Positions 25,900 to 38,672 of a stretch of 64,000 bases of DNA are shown piece after piece (position 1 is the stretch's first letter; each line of letters begins with the position of its first letter). Origin of the DNA: Eremomyces bilateralis CBS 781.70 (lineage: Eukaryota); NCBI GenBank assembly GCA_010015585.1, contig ML975149.1; one strand, 5' to 3'. A program made the translations under genes and the position numbers. The notes under the pieces were generated by a model, which was given only the letters and a program-made list of their open reading frames with translations, ran no database searches and had not been told where the DNA came from.

Positions 25900-27765
25900 A
25901 TGGTAGCTTCATTCCTCGCCCTTGTTGTTGCGCTGGTCTTCACATCCTTCGTGGCTGGCCAGCAGTCCTATACGCTTCATGGTTCCGTAATTCTTTCCAA
26001 TGGCGGAGAATTCACGCCAGCTGTGGGGTTCCCTGGATATCATCAACTCACGTCTGTGGGTGCTCAGCAGATGTTCGATTTGGTCAGTACCTCGAGCTTT
26101 CAAATACAGGAAGAGGACATCTCGATATAGTCCAGGCACGTCTTACCAAAGTCATACTGATTCGGAACTTAGGGGTCCTATTTCCGGAACCGATACATTT
26201 CTGCCAATGACTTCGGTGGTCCTCGTGCACCTATTCAGCACATCTCGACCACCCGTATTAACGATGATGACACCTACGTAATGACTCTTGACAATCCTCA
26301 ATATCCGGCTGCTGCACAGGCTTTCATGCAAGGGCTATATCCTCCTGCGAGCATGAACGTTAACGGCAGCTCCTTCACGGATCCGACTGCGATTCTAGCT
26401 AATGGATCTTACTTTGAGGGGCCGCTCGGAGGTTACAAGTACCCTCTGATCCGAACGGTTGCTTCATTGGACCCCCAGAGCGTTTATCTGGATGGATTGA
26501 CGAACTGCATGTCTTGGGCGATGGAGGCTGGAAACTACCTCAACTCCCAGCCGGCATCGAACTTGGAGTCGTCTAGCCACATCATGTACAGCAACATTGC
26601 CCAGGCATTCGACCAGCTGATGCTTCGAAAGGGGAACTCCTTCAGCTACTACAACGCCCGGACGATTTGGCAGTATATATCCTACCAATATGTGCATAAT
26701 TCGACCGTTAAAGCACTGTTCGACGCCGAACCCTTCACAGGCTACCTTGCCAACCTTCGCCATTATGCCTCTCTTCAGGAGTACTATTACTCCGGCAACA
26801 TGTCTGTAGCGGGCGCAAACGGTCGGTCTCTCACATCGAATGAATGGGTTCGACCTATCGCTGGTCGGACAGTTGCCGCAAAAATCCTTGGGTTGCTCAA
26901 CAACACGATTGCGTCGTCCGGAACCGAGACACTACTCAACCTCATTGTCACCGATGAATCTGCCATGGTAGCACTATTCAGCCTCATTAGTTTAACTTCG
27001 AGGAACCAGAACTTTATCGGCCTCCCCGAACAGGGCTCGGCCGCGGTTTTCGAGCTTCTCAGCCTGGGCTCGTCTGACGAATATTTCCCTAAGTTGTCAG
27101 ATCTCTGGGTGCGGTTCTACTTCCTCAACGGCACCGAGGAGCAAACCATGCAGAGCTACAGTATCTTCTCAAACGGCCCAAGCCACCAGGATATGCGTTG
27201 GTCCGAATTTGTCCAGCAGATGGAAGCCATCATGATAGGCTCCGTCAGTGACTGGTGCGAGATCTGCGGTGACGCCAGCATCTTTTGCCCAGCATTCAGC
27301 CAAGGCAATGGCTTGTTGCCATCCTCTGGGAGCAGTTCTAGGAGCCACGGCGGTATGTCGCTACCCGTTGCTGGAGTCATCGGTGCTATCGTCACACTCG
27401 TGGTAGTCGGCATCCTGATGGCCTTGGCCGGCCTAGCAGGTGGGATCCGACTCCATCGCCTCCGTCGTGGGAAGAACAGCGAGGTTGGTGGGTTTAGGGG
27501 GTCTCAGAAGCTCGCGAGCGATCAGGACCTTGTCCTCCCAAAGGGGGGAGCGGGTGCTACCGTGGTGGGAGCGGCGGCTCCTGAGAAGGGCCACGAGCGA
27601 GTGGGTAGCTGGGAGATGAAGAACGGCGAGTCAAATAGGTTTGGCGATATGGGGAAGGATATCGGCGTCGACGGAACCGGCGCTACGTCACGGCCCAGCT
27701 TCGATGCGGACGATTTGGCAGTTAACCCGTTTGGGGATCCTGTTAAGCCGGATGAGAGAGTCTAA
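25900..27765 (+). CDS. Histidine acid phosphatase-fold type I membrane protein with degenerate catalytic motif
   Basis: Signal peptide; LTSVGAQQMFDL|GSYFRNRY (intron 26083-26172); AQAFMQGLYPP; LPEQGSAAVFEL; WVRFYFLNGT; DWCEICG; TM helix VAGVIGAIVTLVVVGILM; cytosolic tail GGFRGSQKLASDQDL, HERVGSWEM. Confidence 0.85.
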
Positions 27766-28555
27766 CCTCAATGTGGAATCGGACCAATGTTGATGGCAGG
27801 AATGAGGTCGAACGAAGTGAATGAACTGGATGGATGGATGGCGTTATGGTACGGTAATCGGGCAGTTCGCAAGTCGGATTTTGTATATACCCATTCTCTG
27901 AGTTCAGTTGAATTTCAATTCGTACTGCCTCATCTGCCCTCCGGCATCTATTATTTTATTCTTTAGACAGAATTGCCAGTGGATTAACGAATTGTATTAT
28001 CTGACAACCAAATCAGGTATGGCATAAGGCTGAATGCAGTATGGAGTAAGGCGGCCTTTGCGCTTTCACAAGCCGAAACCAACAGGGATGTTCTGGTCTG
28101 CTTTCATCAGGGGATTCGTCATTTCACAATCTAACTCTCAACTCCCAACACTTTACACTGTACTTTACCTGACTGTTGAGCCACAATAGTACGATACTGA
28201 TCCACCACAATCGTTTTCATAACTAAGTACCGTACATTGCCCACTTGTCGGTCCTCGATAAACCCAATATCTCGAATCTCCAATACGTACTCACTCTCAC
28301 GATCCCGATAACACCCTCGGACTCTCCCCAGTTTCCGGTTCGACACCACCAAACGCAACATCACCCTCCGGGCCTCGAATCGGCGACACGAACTCGGGAC
28401 AAGACTGTCGGGAAACATATAATAAGTGAGATTCGACGACGTCGGCGGTCCAGAGCGAACGTACATGCGTCATCTGCCAATGGACGGTTCGCGTGGCAGC
28501 ACAATATCACCTTGCGATTGACCGCGACGCTGCCCCAAGGCAGACATGAGATTGG

Positions 28556-31500
28556 ATGCACCCTCTAAATCCATTCTTACGGGCTTTCTTCAAGAGCGCA
28601 ATTCCCGCGCAGTGCTCCCCTATCCAGCATCATGTATGATGATCTCCTGACCATCTCGGTCTCCATGCGCATTTAGGCCTCAACTGGTCCGCATGAACAT
28701 CCGCTAATTGAATGCACTCGGCAGGTCCTCCTCGTGCCATCCACCGAAGCCCTCCTCAACTCCCGTGACCTCGATACACACGCTCTCTACGCCGATCTTG
28801 CAAGTTCCGAGGAATTCCTCGCGAGCCATGTCCTCCGAGTCCCTGGCGGCGCGGCGCCCTCCCGGGGCAATGGGACGAAGGAAGCGGCGGCAAGCTTCCG
28901 AGACACTCGTGGAAAGGCGAAGCAGTACTCCACCGTCAATGGGAGGACGGTGATAGTCAAGGATTCCTTCGTCTACAGTAATAAAGGTAGGAATTCGTCG
29001 ATGGGATCGTCAAGGGCCATGGACTGAGAACAGCACAGGTTTCAAGCATCTAAATCAAATCCAGCTCCTAAATGACGTACTATACTACCCCGACAACCTC
29101 GACGCGCAACCATGGCTCGTCTACTTTATTTCGAAACCGCTCACCGGCGTGCTGGAGGCGATGACCATTGTTCCAGCGAGTCTCGAAAATACAGCCCAAA
29201 GCACGGCATTACCAGACACAGATGCTCCCAGCTCATCCACCTCGCAGCATCCACCGAAAAAGAAGGATATCAAGACGTTAATGGAGTTGATGAATCATTT
29301 CCCCCTGATCGCGAAGCAAATGCAACCCGGGCTTGAGCGGATCTTCCGAGAGTTTGGCAAGGAGATGGACCAGCCGCCTCCTCCGATGCCAAAGCCACCC
29401 CCTCCGGTGTTGCGACGGAGACAGTCTTCCGTTTCATCGATGGAGAGCCTTACTGCCTCTCTTCACAGCAATCTCTCTGGCACATCCCAACCGCACATCA
29501 GTTTGCTGGAGCTAAGTGACCAGGAGGACTTTATGCGACGTTCCCTAGAGACCGCGGTAACTGCCGCTATCGACCTGTTCCAGATGGTCGATAAGCAGCA
29601 GCTGTCCAATCTCGGGGCAACCACGGACTTGACTGGCCCTGTGGTGGAGAGACTTATCGAGCGTTACGTGGCCGAACAGGTCAACGATGCCGTCCTCTTC
29701 CCACGTATCTGCGCCATTCGCCGAGGGGAGGATGCAGAGCTAGAAGCGCGCATCAGACAGATGCACGATATCGACATCTCACAAGTAGGGATCAACTTGG
29801 GGAACTCTCGCCAGAACAAACAGCAGCTTGCTCTTCGGATCCAGAAAGCCGTAGACGCCTTCAAACGGATGGGCGTCGCCAGTAGCCCCCAGGAGATGGC
29901 AGAGATCCTGTTATTAACCCAGAAGGCCATCACCATGCCGGAAAGTCCACCCACCGAAAGCAATGAGTATCCATCTGCATCGAGCAACCAGCTGGAAAAA
30001 CAGGATTCGGTTCTCACGATCAACGCGGATACGCTCGTCTCGCTTCTGCTCATCGTGGTGATCCGGTCGTCCGTTCGACATTTGCAGGCTCGCTTGTCGT
30101 ACATGCGGCACTTTCTCTTCATCGACGATGTGGAAAGTGGCGAGATCGGGTATGCTCTGAGCACATTCGAAGCTGTGCTCTCATATTTAGCGGGCAACTC
30201 CAGTGGTCTCCGGAGGTCGAGCAGGCTGAACAAATGCCTCTGGGAAGCGGTCCGGAACGGCGAGGTTGAAGATATCAAGTACCTTTTGCAACCCGAACTC
30301 ATAGGAGGAGCCTTGGACGGCATTGAAGCAGAGGATGATACGAACGACAGATCGGGTGACATCGAAGACGATGCTCAAAGTACCGGACACCCCTCGCTTA
30401 GCGGTCTGACACTACATGGCTCGGAAAATGATGGGTATTCGAGGATTTCTTTCGAATCGGAGCCACAGCCACACTCGGGCCCATTGTCTCATGTCTTTCC
30501 TTTCGAGCGGCCGCCAACCCCTCCAGCCGAAACGAGGCGACCTCCAACTCAGAAGAAGAGAGTGTCCATGGATACTCGGAGCAATTCCAGCTCTTCGATG
30601 TTTTCCGTTCGGTCGCAAACGACAACTATGAACTCAAGCGGCAGCGGCATCGATGGGGACGATTCCGTCGAAAAGTTGAGCAAGACACAGTCGCCGGCTG
30701 GAGAGTCTGTGCTCATGATGGCTGTCGATAGCGGACAAAGCAAATCATTGCGCTATTTATTGTCACTCACGAGCTACTATCCACCATCTACCGTCATTGA
30801 AGATGCCGCCTATGATGGGACGACGTTACTCAGCGCTGCGATTCAGAACGGCACCCCAGAAGCGATTGAAGTAATATTGGACTATCTCACCGAGCGCATT
30901 AACAGCGAGGAGCAGTTGTTCGAGTATTTCTCTCGGCAGGACTCCAAAGGGCGCTGCATCGCACACTACTTATTCAATCAGCCGAAGCTAATACCAAGAA
31001 TTGGGCAGCATTTTCCTTGGACACTGCGGGATAAAAACGGGCAGACTCCGCTCTTTGCCCTATGTCGATCATATGACCATGAAGATTACAAGTGGATGTG
31101 CGAAGCTGCACTCCAAGCGGCGACGGAAGTGCAGGGGGATGGCAAACCTCTTCGACTTGATGAGCATGTGGACAGCAAGGGCAACACACTGCTGCATATC
31201 ATCAACGACCCTCAGCTGGCGCTGAAGCTGCTTCTGCAGTGTGACTCAGATGTCAATGCCTCGAACGACAAGCACTTCACGCCACTGATGGTTGCGAGCA
31301 AGTATGGTCGAACCGACCTTGTCAGGACCTTGTTCAACGACCCACGGGTAGACCTCCATGCCAAGGACTTGCGCGGTCTTACGGCCGTCGAGTTGGCAAA
31401 AGATGACGAAGTGAGGAACAAGATCGATGACCTCGTCCTGCTTGCGACTCCCCCCGGCCAAGACGGCCGCATCACAACCGTCGTGCGGTCCTTCTTCGTG

Positions 31501-32634
31501 GAGGATGGGACCATCCGCCTGATTCTAAAATCCGGTCTTCCAACTGGAAACTCGTCTTTGACCGTCACGACCTGCAGGCGCGCCATGGTGGATTTCGAGA
31601 ATCTGGTGAAATGGCTCGCTCGCGAACATCCAGCATCCTGGCTTCCTGATATTAGTAACTTCACGTCGCCCTTCCTAATCCCCTCGAAGCCGTCTCGGGC
31701 AGTCCTCCGAGACACCCAAATTCGGCTCGACGCGTTTCTTCGTCTGCTATTGAATCATACCACATTTGCCAACCACGAGATGGTCTGGGAGTTCTTCTTG
31801 GTCCCGGAAATGGACCCGACCCTTCTCGAAGAGCGCTCGAAGCGCAAGGCCGAGGCGCGAGTCGAGATGATTCGAGACGAATATGCTCCCGAAACCGACA
31901 CCGGCGACGTGGAGCTCTTCGTGGCATATGCCAAAGAGTCCGTCCGGAGCGTTCACCATCCGACCAAGTCCGTTCTGCGCCGGGCCAATCGTCTGCGTAT
32001 CGCACAGAGCGACCTTCCCAACGCCGCAACCATGTCGACTTCAGCGTTCAATACCCTCGCGTTTCTACCGCAAGAGCATAGCCTCGCTCTCACGCGGTTT
32101 GCTGCCACTCTTCCACAGTCCGATTCCCCACCACTGAGCGCGTTCTACTACAACCTGCAAGCCATTTCGTCGTCCATGTCGGCCATATCATCAGCGCTCG
32201 CTCGTCCGTCATCTCTGATCGCGCAAATTGCGGTCGCCAACAAAGCCCTGGACCGCCACACGAATTCCATGCGGCGGTCCGACCGATGGCCGAACCTTGG
32301 CCTCCTGGACGAAGCCCGTCAGCGCATGTCGCGCGAAGCCGCCGGACGGGCGCGAGCCAGCTTGAAAGATATGGAGGATCTGGGCCGCGAGCTCTCGTAT
32401 ACGCGACAAGTCGTGGCCGGAGAGCTGGCGGGCTGGCAGGAGAGTCGGGTCCGATTGGGGAGGCGAGCGATTCGAGAATTCGCGAGCAAATCGCTGATGG
32501 CGGAAAGGGCGAGATTGGAAGGGATGAAGCGGGCGGTCAGGAAGTTGGGGATCGATGTTGATGGCGAAAGAAGGAATAGGACTCCTGCCGCCGATGGAGA
32601 GATGGGAGATACTGGCGTTTTGGCAACGGAATAG
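28556..32634 (+). CDS. VPS9 + ankyrin repeat + PX(-BAR-like) endosomal GEF, Vrl1/VARP-like
   Basis: Exon 1 MHPLNPFLRAFFKS; VPS9 core INADTLVSLLLIVVIRS...GEIGYALSTFEAVL; ankyrin motifs GQTPLF, GNTLLH, FTPLMVASKYG; PX-like WLAREHPASWLP...HEMVWEFFL; helical C-terminus. Confidence 0.88.
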
Positions 32635-33207
32635 CTGGGAAGGGTCGGACGGTGACTTCGGGGCTGGCGTTCGGCTACATTTCTTACAAATATCAACGGT
32701 ACTGGGTATCGTCGAGATGGTTCAACGAGGAATGGACGGTTCTCGGGTCGGTACATGTTGTCGTTCTATTTCGATTCTGCCTCTTTGGAAGCGTATATGT
32801 AATTTTATTATTGACTACTCTATTCTGTGCATCCAATGCAGATTTGAACCCTTGATTCAACGTGAAGCGAAGTTAGATGGCGGCATTTTCACTGGGTTGC
32901 ATCGTGACTGGATGCAACCGTGGTCAACGACCTGCTGTAGATGAACACCTCCATCCTACATGTAATTACACTCTCTCCCCTGAGAGTAGGTAGGTATGTA
33001 GTCGTGTGAACTGTGAAAGCCGGAGATGTTGACACCAAGGCTATGTGTGACGTTGGATTGCGACATCTCCACTGCAGCCACCACTGATCACCCCGCCATA
33101 AAATTTCCATGGATTGTGACCACTGACCAAAGAGTCCCTCTACCATCATTTCCTTAGATCGGAATCTTTAACTCGACCATCTCGACCGATCTTGCATTCA
33201 TTTCACA

Positions 33208-34016
33208 ATGGCGACGTAGGTATGCTCCAGTTTCTGTCGATTGTGCTGCAATTGCACCGTTGTTTACCCTCTAGATTATATCGTTCTGACCCACCATCAT
33301 CTCCCTAGAAACATCACCTGGCATCCGTCCCTCACCCACTCCGAGCGCCGCCAGCTGCGGAAGCAGCAAGGCATCACCATCTGGTTCACCGGCCTCAGCG
33401 CGTCGGGGAAGAGCACCATCGCTACGGCCCTGGAACAGCATCTGCTGCACCTCGGTCGGACTGCGTACCGGCTCGATGGCGACAATGTGCGCTTCGGGCT
33501 GAACAAGGACCTGGGGTTCAGCGAGAAGGACCGGAACGAGAACATTCGGCGGATCGCGGAGGTGAGGGCGGACTACTCAATGATATTGTGGGCATGTTAA
33601 TTGGTGGGATCGAACAGGTTGCGAAACTCTTCGCCGATTCATGCTCCGTCGCCATCACCTCCTTCATCTCCCCCTACCGCGCGGACCGAGACGCCGCCCG
33701 GCAACTCCACAACGCGGGCGCCCCCGGGATGGCGGAACCGCTGCCGTTCGTCGAGGTGTTCGTCGACGTGCCGATCGAGGTGGCGGAGCAGCGCGACCCT
33801 AAAGGGCTGTATAAGAAGGCAAGGGCCGGGGAGATCAAGGAGTTCACGGGTATTAGCGCTCCGTACGAGGCGCCCGAGAACCCGGAAATCCATCTCCGGA
33901 GCGATCAGTTGAGTGTGGAGGAGGCGGTGGTGAAGATCGTGAAGTATTTGGAGGAGAAGGGATACTTGTCGCCGGATGGCATTGGCGAGAAGAGGACCTT
34001 GGCTGAGGGTGTGTAG
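33208..34016 (+). CDS. MET14: Adenylyl-sulfate (APS) kinase
   Basis: [67 protein letters not shown]; two introns. Confidence 0.97.
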
Positions 34017-34235
34017 GCTCATGCGGAGGCTCTATTATCGTGAATCCATATATAGGCATGCAAATTTGAATCTTGGTATGCCAGAAGGCTGGCAATTTGC
34101 TTGATTATAGGTTAAGATTGCATTTTCAGTCCCAGCATTGCCCTCGCGCCTGAGAATGTAAACCTGGATAGAATACCAGGAAGTTATGAGACAGGATATC
34201 GAACATGATAAAAGAATGGCGAGACATTCTAATAC

Positions 34236-35564
34236 CTATACGAACTCAAACTCGTAGTAGACATAGGCCGTATACTCCGCATCTCCACCAACCGCGCCGC
34301 CACTCTCCGTCGGTACATCCTTCTTCACCCTGCCCTTCTTGTCTCGCTGGAGCGCATTGCCCCCAAGATATGAGTACTGTGTGTCGAGGCTTGCCTTAGC
34401 CTTCTTCGAAAGCTTGGGATTCGATTGGATCAGGGCACAGACGAACTCCAACGGCAGGCCGTATCGCAGGACCGTCTCTACGAAGACCCGCAGCGCCAGC
34501 ACATGCACCCAGATCATGGCACTCTCGCTGTACCCGGTTCGACCCAATCGCAATGCCTCGCCCCATAGCTTTCGTTCCTCCTTCTCCAATCGATCGACCT
34601 CCTTCGCCTCCTCCTCTCGCCCGCCAGCTTTGTATGTGTAATCACGTGGAATCCAGCGTTTCTCGCGGCACTTGTGGATGAACTCGGTGCTGTGCTTCTT
34701 GAACGTGGTGACCGCGTAGAGCTTGAACTCGTCGTCCGACGCCACTTCGACCGACGATCGCGGAACGACCATGGGGGCCAGGGATTCGTACGACTTGAGG
34801 AAGTCCTTGACCATCTGCTTGGGCACCGCGACGAGATGCGTCTCGATGTACTCGGAATCTTGGACGATGGCGCTGGAGGGGACGATGGACGCGAGGGAGC
34901 GTGTCGAGAGGTTGCCCCTACATCAATCGCTTAGCTGTCATAGTCTTCACCGGAACGAGGATACCCTACGTTTGTCTTCTCTGGGAAGCAGTCAACGTGG
35001 ATTTGACTTGGTTGTATTGAGAGAATTTCGACTTGACATCATTGTCAATGCCTGCAACTTCCTAGCACGGCCGTTAGTACATTGCCGTCCGACCCCAGAT
35101 CTCTGTGTTTATACCTTCTGAAGGGAGTCAATGAGCTCAGCTATTGACTTGTCGGCACGGTACTTGACTTTGTTCCAGGAGAAGCTCCGAAGGTATTGAT
35201 CGACCGGTTCTGAGAATTATATCAGCTACACGATGGCATCCAGGGGATCGGGTAGCTGCCTACTGTCGTTGATCGTCTTCTGCTGGGCCAGCTTGTCGTC
35301 ATTATCATCGTCCAAGATGCTCTTCAACGCATCTGCAGACTTGTTCACCACGCCGTCACAAGCGGTGTCGAGCTTGGCCAGGTCATCTGCTTGCTGCACC
35401 AGGGCATCGAGAGTCCCGATTTTGAAGCCTGGGATCGCGAAAGGGTATAGCGTCCCGTTGTCTGATATATTGGCTCGGACCTGATCTAAGGCATCCTCCT
35501 TGTCATTGGTATTGGTGATGGATGTCGGCAAGGACACCAGCAGGTAAGTCGGGGACTTAGACAT
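34236..35564 (-). CDS. VMA5: V-type ATPase V1 subunit C
   Basis: FKIGTLDALVQQADDLAKLD, FSWNKVKYRADK, GNLSTRSL, MVVPRSS, ALRVFVETVLRYGLP, YVYYEFE; three introns. Confidence 0.96.
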
Positions 35565-36147
35565 CTTCGACGAGGTTTGTATCCACGAGCCAACTTCTCG
35601 TGGGGGAACTGAGTGGTCTGGATCATGAAATCACGTTCGAATGGATATGGCGGGGATGGGAAGCTTCACGTTTGGAGCACCGGAGCTTTGGCTTCAGTGT
35701 ACAAGACGGTAATATTACGTACTAAGGCTAGCTTAGTGCAAGGATCTACCAGGCATATATCAACTCTGATTGGATCATTTTGCTGCAATCTGAATGCTAA
35801 AATTGCGCTAAACCATACCAATCGAAAGATACACCAATGTTTCTCTTCAGAAATACTCTCTATACAAACGATAGGCTGTTCGACTTCTATGTATTCAGAG
35901 ACTGTGATCTCTTCGCTACGTGACTGTGGACGAGGAACTGTCACACTATGTGGGACGAGGAGGGAAGAAACTAAGCACAGAACTCGGATTGATGCATATC
36001 GCATTTGTTACGAGGGCGTCAAGTGTCACCTTCATACGTCCAGAGCAGACACAGGATCTATCATTTCAGGTTCTATGCTGATCTCTGGATGAGGCCTTCC
36101 AGGATTTTCCATCCTGAATGAAAGTACAACCGCTGCGTCTCAGATGG

Positions 36148-36168
36148 GTAGTAGTAGTAGTAGTAGTA
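36148..36168. repeat. (GTA)7 microsatellite
   Basis: Seven perfect GTA units. Confidence 0.9.
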
Positions 36169-38672
36169 TCACACCTCTCTATACGACTGGCCACTGAGAC
36201 AGCTTTGAAAGAGGGATCAACCCGAAGCCATGTTAACTGCTGCTAATATTGCCGATTCCGTTAATTGATAGTAGCTCCCGAGACACACCTGCTGTGCCAG
36301 CGGACCGTTCACGTTGGACAAGTCTCAATCTCGGCTATCCCGAAGCCGTTTGTACGGTTGTACCATAACAGAACGCGACCAAACAGCCTGACATGCTGAA
36401 GTCTGAAGTCTGAAGTCAAAAGGAGCATGGATGCCCTCTGGACATGGGAGCGCATGATCTGCTTTCCGTTTACGCCGCACCTCACGGCCTCGCGTCATTT
36501 CCGATGCTAAATTAGGTATCCCGAAAGCGTCCGGGGCTCCGGGTGCATGGACAGTTGGGCAGCCGTCAGCAGCAGTACACCGCGCTCTTCGACTGATTTG
36601 ATTTGATTTGCCGGCAGCGAGTGGACTGCATTTCGATCCATCCGTGCCGGTACTGGACACCTACCATTGGACTTGGAGTGCCTCAGACCTAGGAGACTGG
36701 GAGGCTGGGAGGCTGGGACAAACGGAGGCCGAAAAGAACTGCTAATATCCGTATGGACGGACTAACTTCCGTGGCGACACAGGGAATGAGTTGACTATTG
36801 AGAGGGGGAAATCTACATTGGCAATTTCTGTACGTACTGCTGTGCTGGAGAGGGTCCGAGGGTCGGACATGGTTCCTTGACAATGCCATGGGTGAACGAC
36901 CGATTATCAGAGATCAGTCCATCGGGTCATCATATTGGCCATTTTGAGAAGGAGGTTGTGAAACCGTAAATCAGATGCTGATACTAGCAATCCACTAATC
37001 CCACGTGAAATGAAATTCTCTATGAAATTGGACCAGGAGCCTGGGCCTGCCGAACCGAAGTGCGGAGGGGGGTATGATCTATGGAGAAGCGAATGCGGAG
37101 ACTGGAGCCATTAGAGATCAGGCATCTCCCATCAGATCAGAATATCAGATGTTGAACTGAGTGATGTGCGGGGTGCCGAGCAGGCTGGTATCTCCATCGT
37201 GCATGCAACAATTGGAACCGGAGGGTCTCGGGCTCTCGGGCTCCCTTTCGGCCTCTCGGAGTTGATGCAGGCACAGCAGAGGGTGGTAGGTATTCCTGCC
37301 TGACTGCCTCACTGCCTCGACTGACTGAAATCGGCAGGGACCACTGCACCGCCACCGAGGTAATCGGGCGTAATCCACGGCCGCTCCGCTCCTTCCACTA
37401 GACTAAGTTAGAACTACAATTACTGCTTCCCGTATTGCTTCAGCTAACTATTAATAATGTGCCTTTAATATTGGGCTATTTAATACTGTCCACACAAACC
37501 ATCCTTCGGCTATACTGCATCAAAAACAAATCCTGCCGTAGTTCAAACACTTCTGAAGTACAATCATCTCAGGCGCCAATCGCCATCATCGTGTTTCGGG
37601 TCCTAGCTTTGCAATCACCTTTACCCGGGTCCTGCATCGGAAAGGGCTGCGAAAACTAATTCTTTCTCCATCCAATCGCGGCTCTCGGCCGCCGGGTCGT
37701 CCACCCGTTCCAATGCCCAGCCTGCTGTCCCTGCACGCTTTCACGGGGTGACGGGGTGACGGGGACACGGACGGGGCTCGCTTTTCCTTGATCCTGCTAG
37801 GGCTTGGAATGTTCCGGAGTTGGGGACCTAGCAAAGGCCAGCCTGTGACCAATCTGGGGGTCCAGTGGTCCAGCCTGAAGAGGTCAACTCGGTCAAGATC
37901 TCACTAAAAAGAGGAGGAAGAGATCAAGTCACGGATCAGGCCATCATACCGACGGTTGGGACCGCGGAAGTCTCCTATCTATTACTACCATCAATTCTCA
38001 TGCTGTGCCATAACCCCCTGACCCGACCGACGCTTTGCTCCATGGACCAACAGCAGTAGCCCAAGGCGTGAAATGATCCGTGGCCCCCGCCTGAACGCAC
38101 CGCACCGCCATCCCGAGCATCCCGCATTCCCATTGCCGTGCCTCTCGTTTTCGTGCCGGCTGGCGGCTCCCTCTCCGGATTTGTTCCTCCCGTCCCCCAG
38201 TTTTCGCGAATCCCCGTCATCTCCAACTCCAGTCTTCTGCCGCCCGTTCGCTCCTTTGCCCTTTCCGTCGTCTTCTTCGTCTTCTTCGCCGTCCTACCTT
38301 CGCTATCAGTCTTCCGGAGCATACGAGTCAGCCTTGCGAATCAATCACGAATCCCATTGACGAGTCACATGCGATTGAGTGACCCTCTCGTCGCCGGCAT
38401 CGCCGACCCGCTCCAACCTCGCCCTTGAACCTACCGCCAAAATAACTTCCTCGGTCCCCATCGCATCCATCCTCTCGACCACTCTCTCATCCGCGGATCC
38501 CGCCAGCTACCTCTCTTCCTCCGCAACCATTGCGCAAACTACCGCCACGTCGTCCGACCTCTCCCTCGATTCCTCCGCCGCCCTGCATCGCGCAGCCCAG
38601 CAGCTCTACGACGCCGCCCAAGGGAAGGGTGTCCCCACGGAGAGCGGCGCCCGGCGCCAGGAGCAGCCTCGC

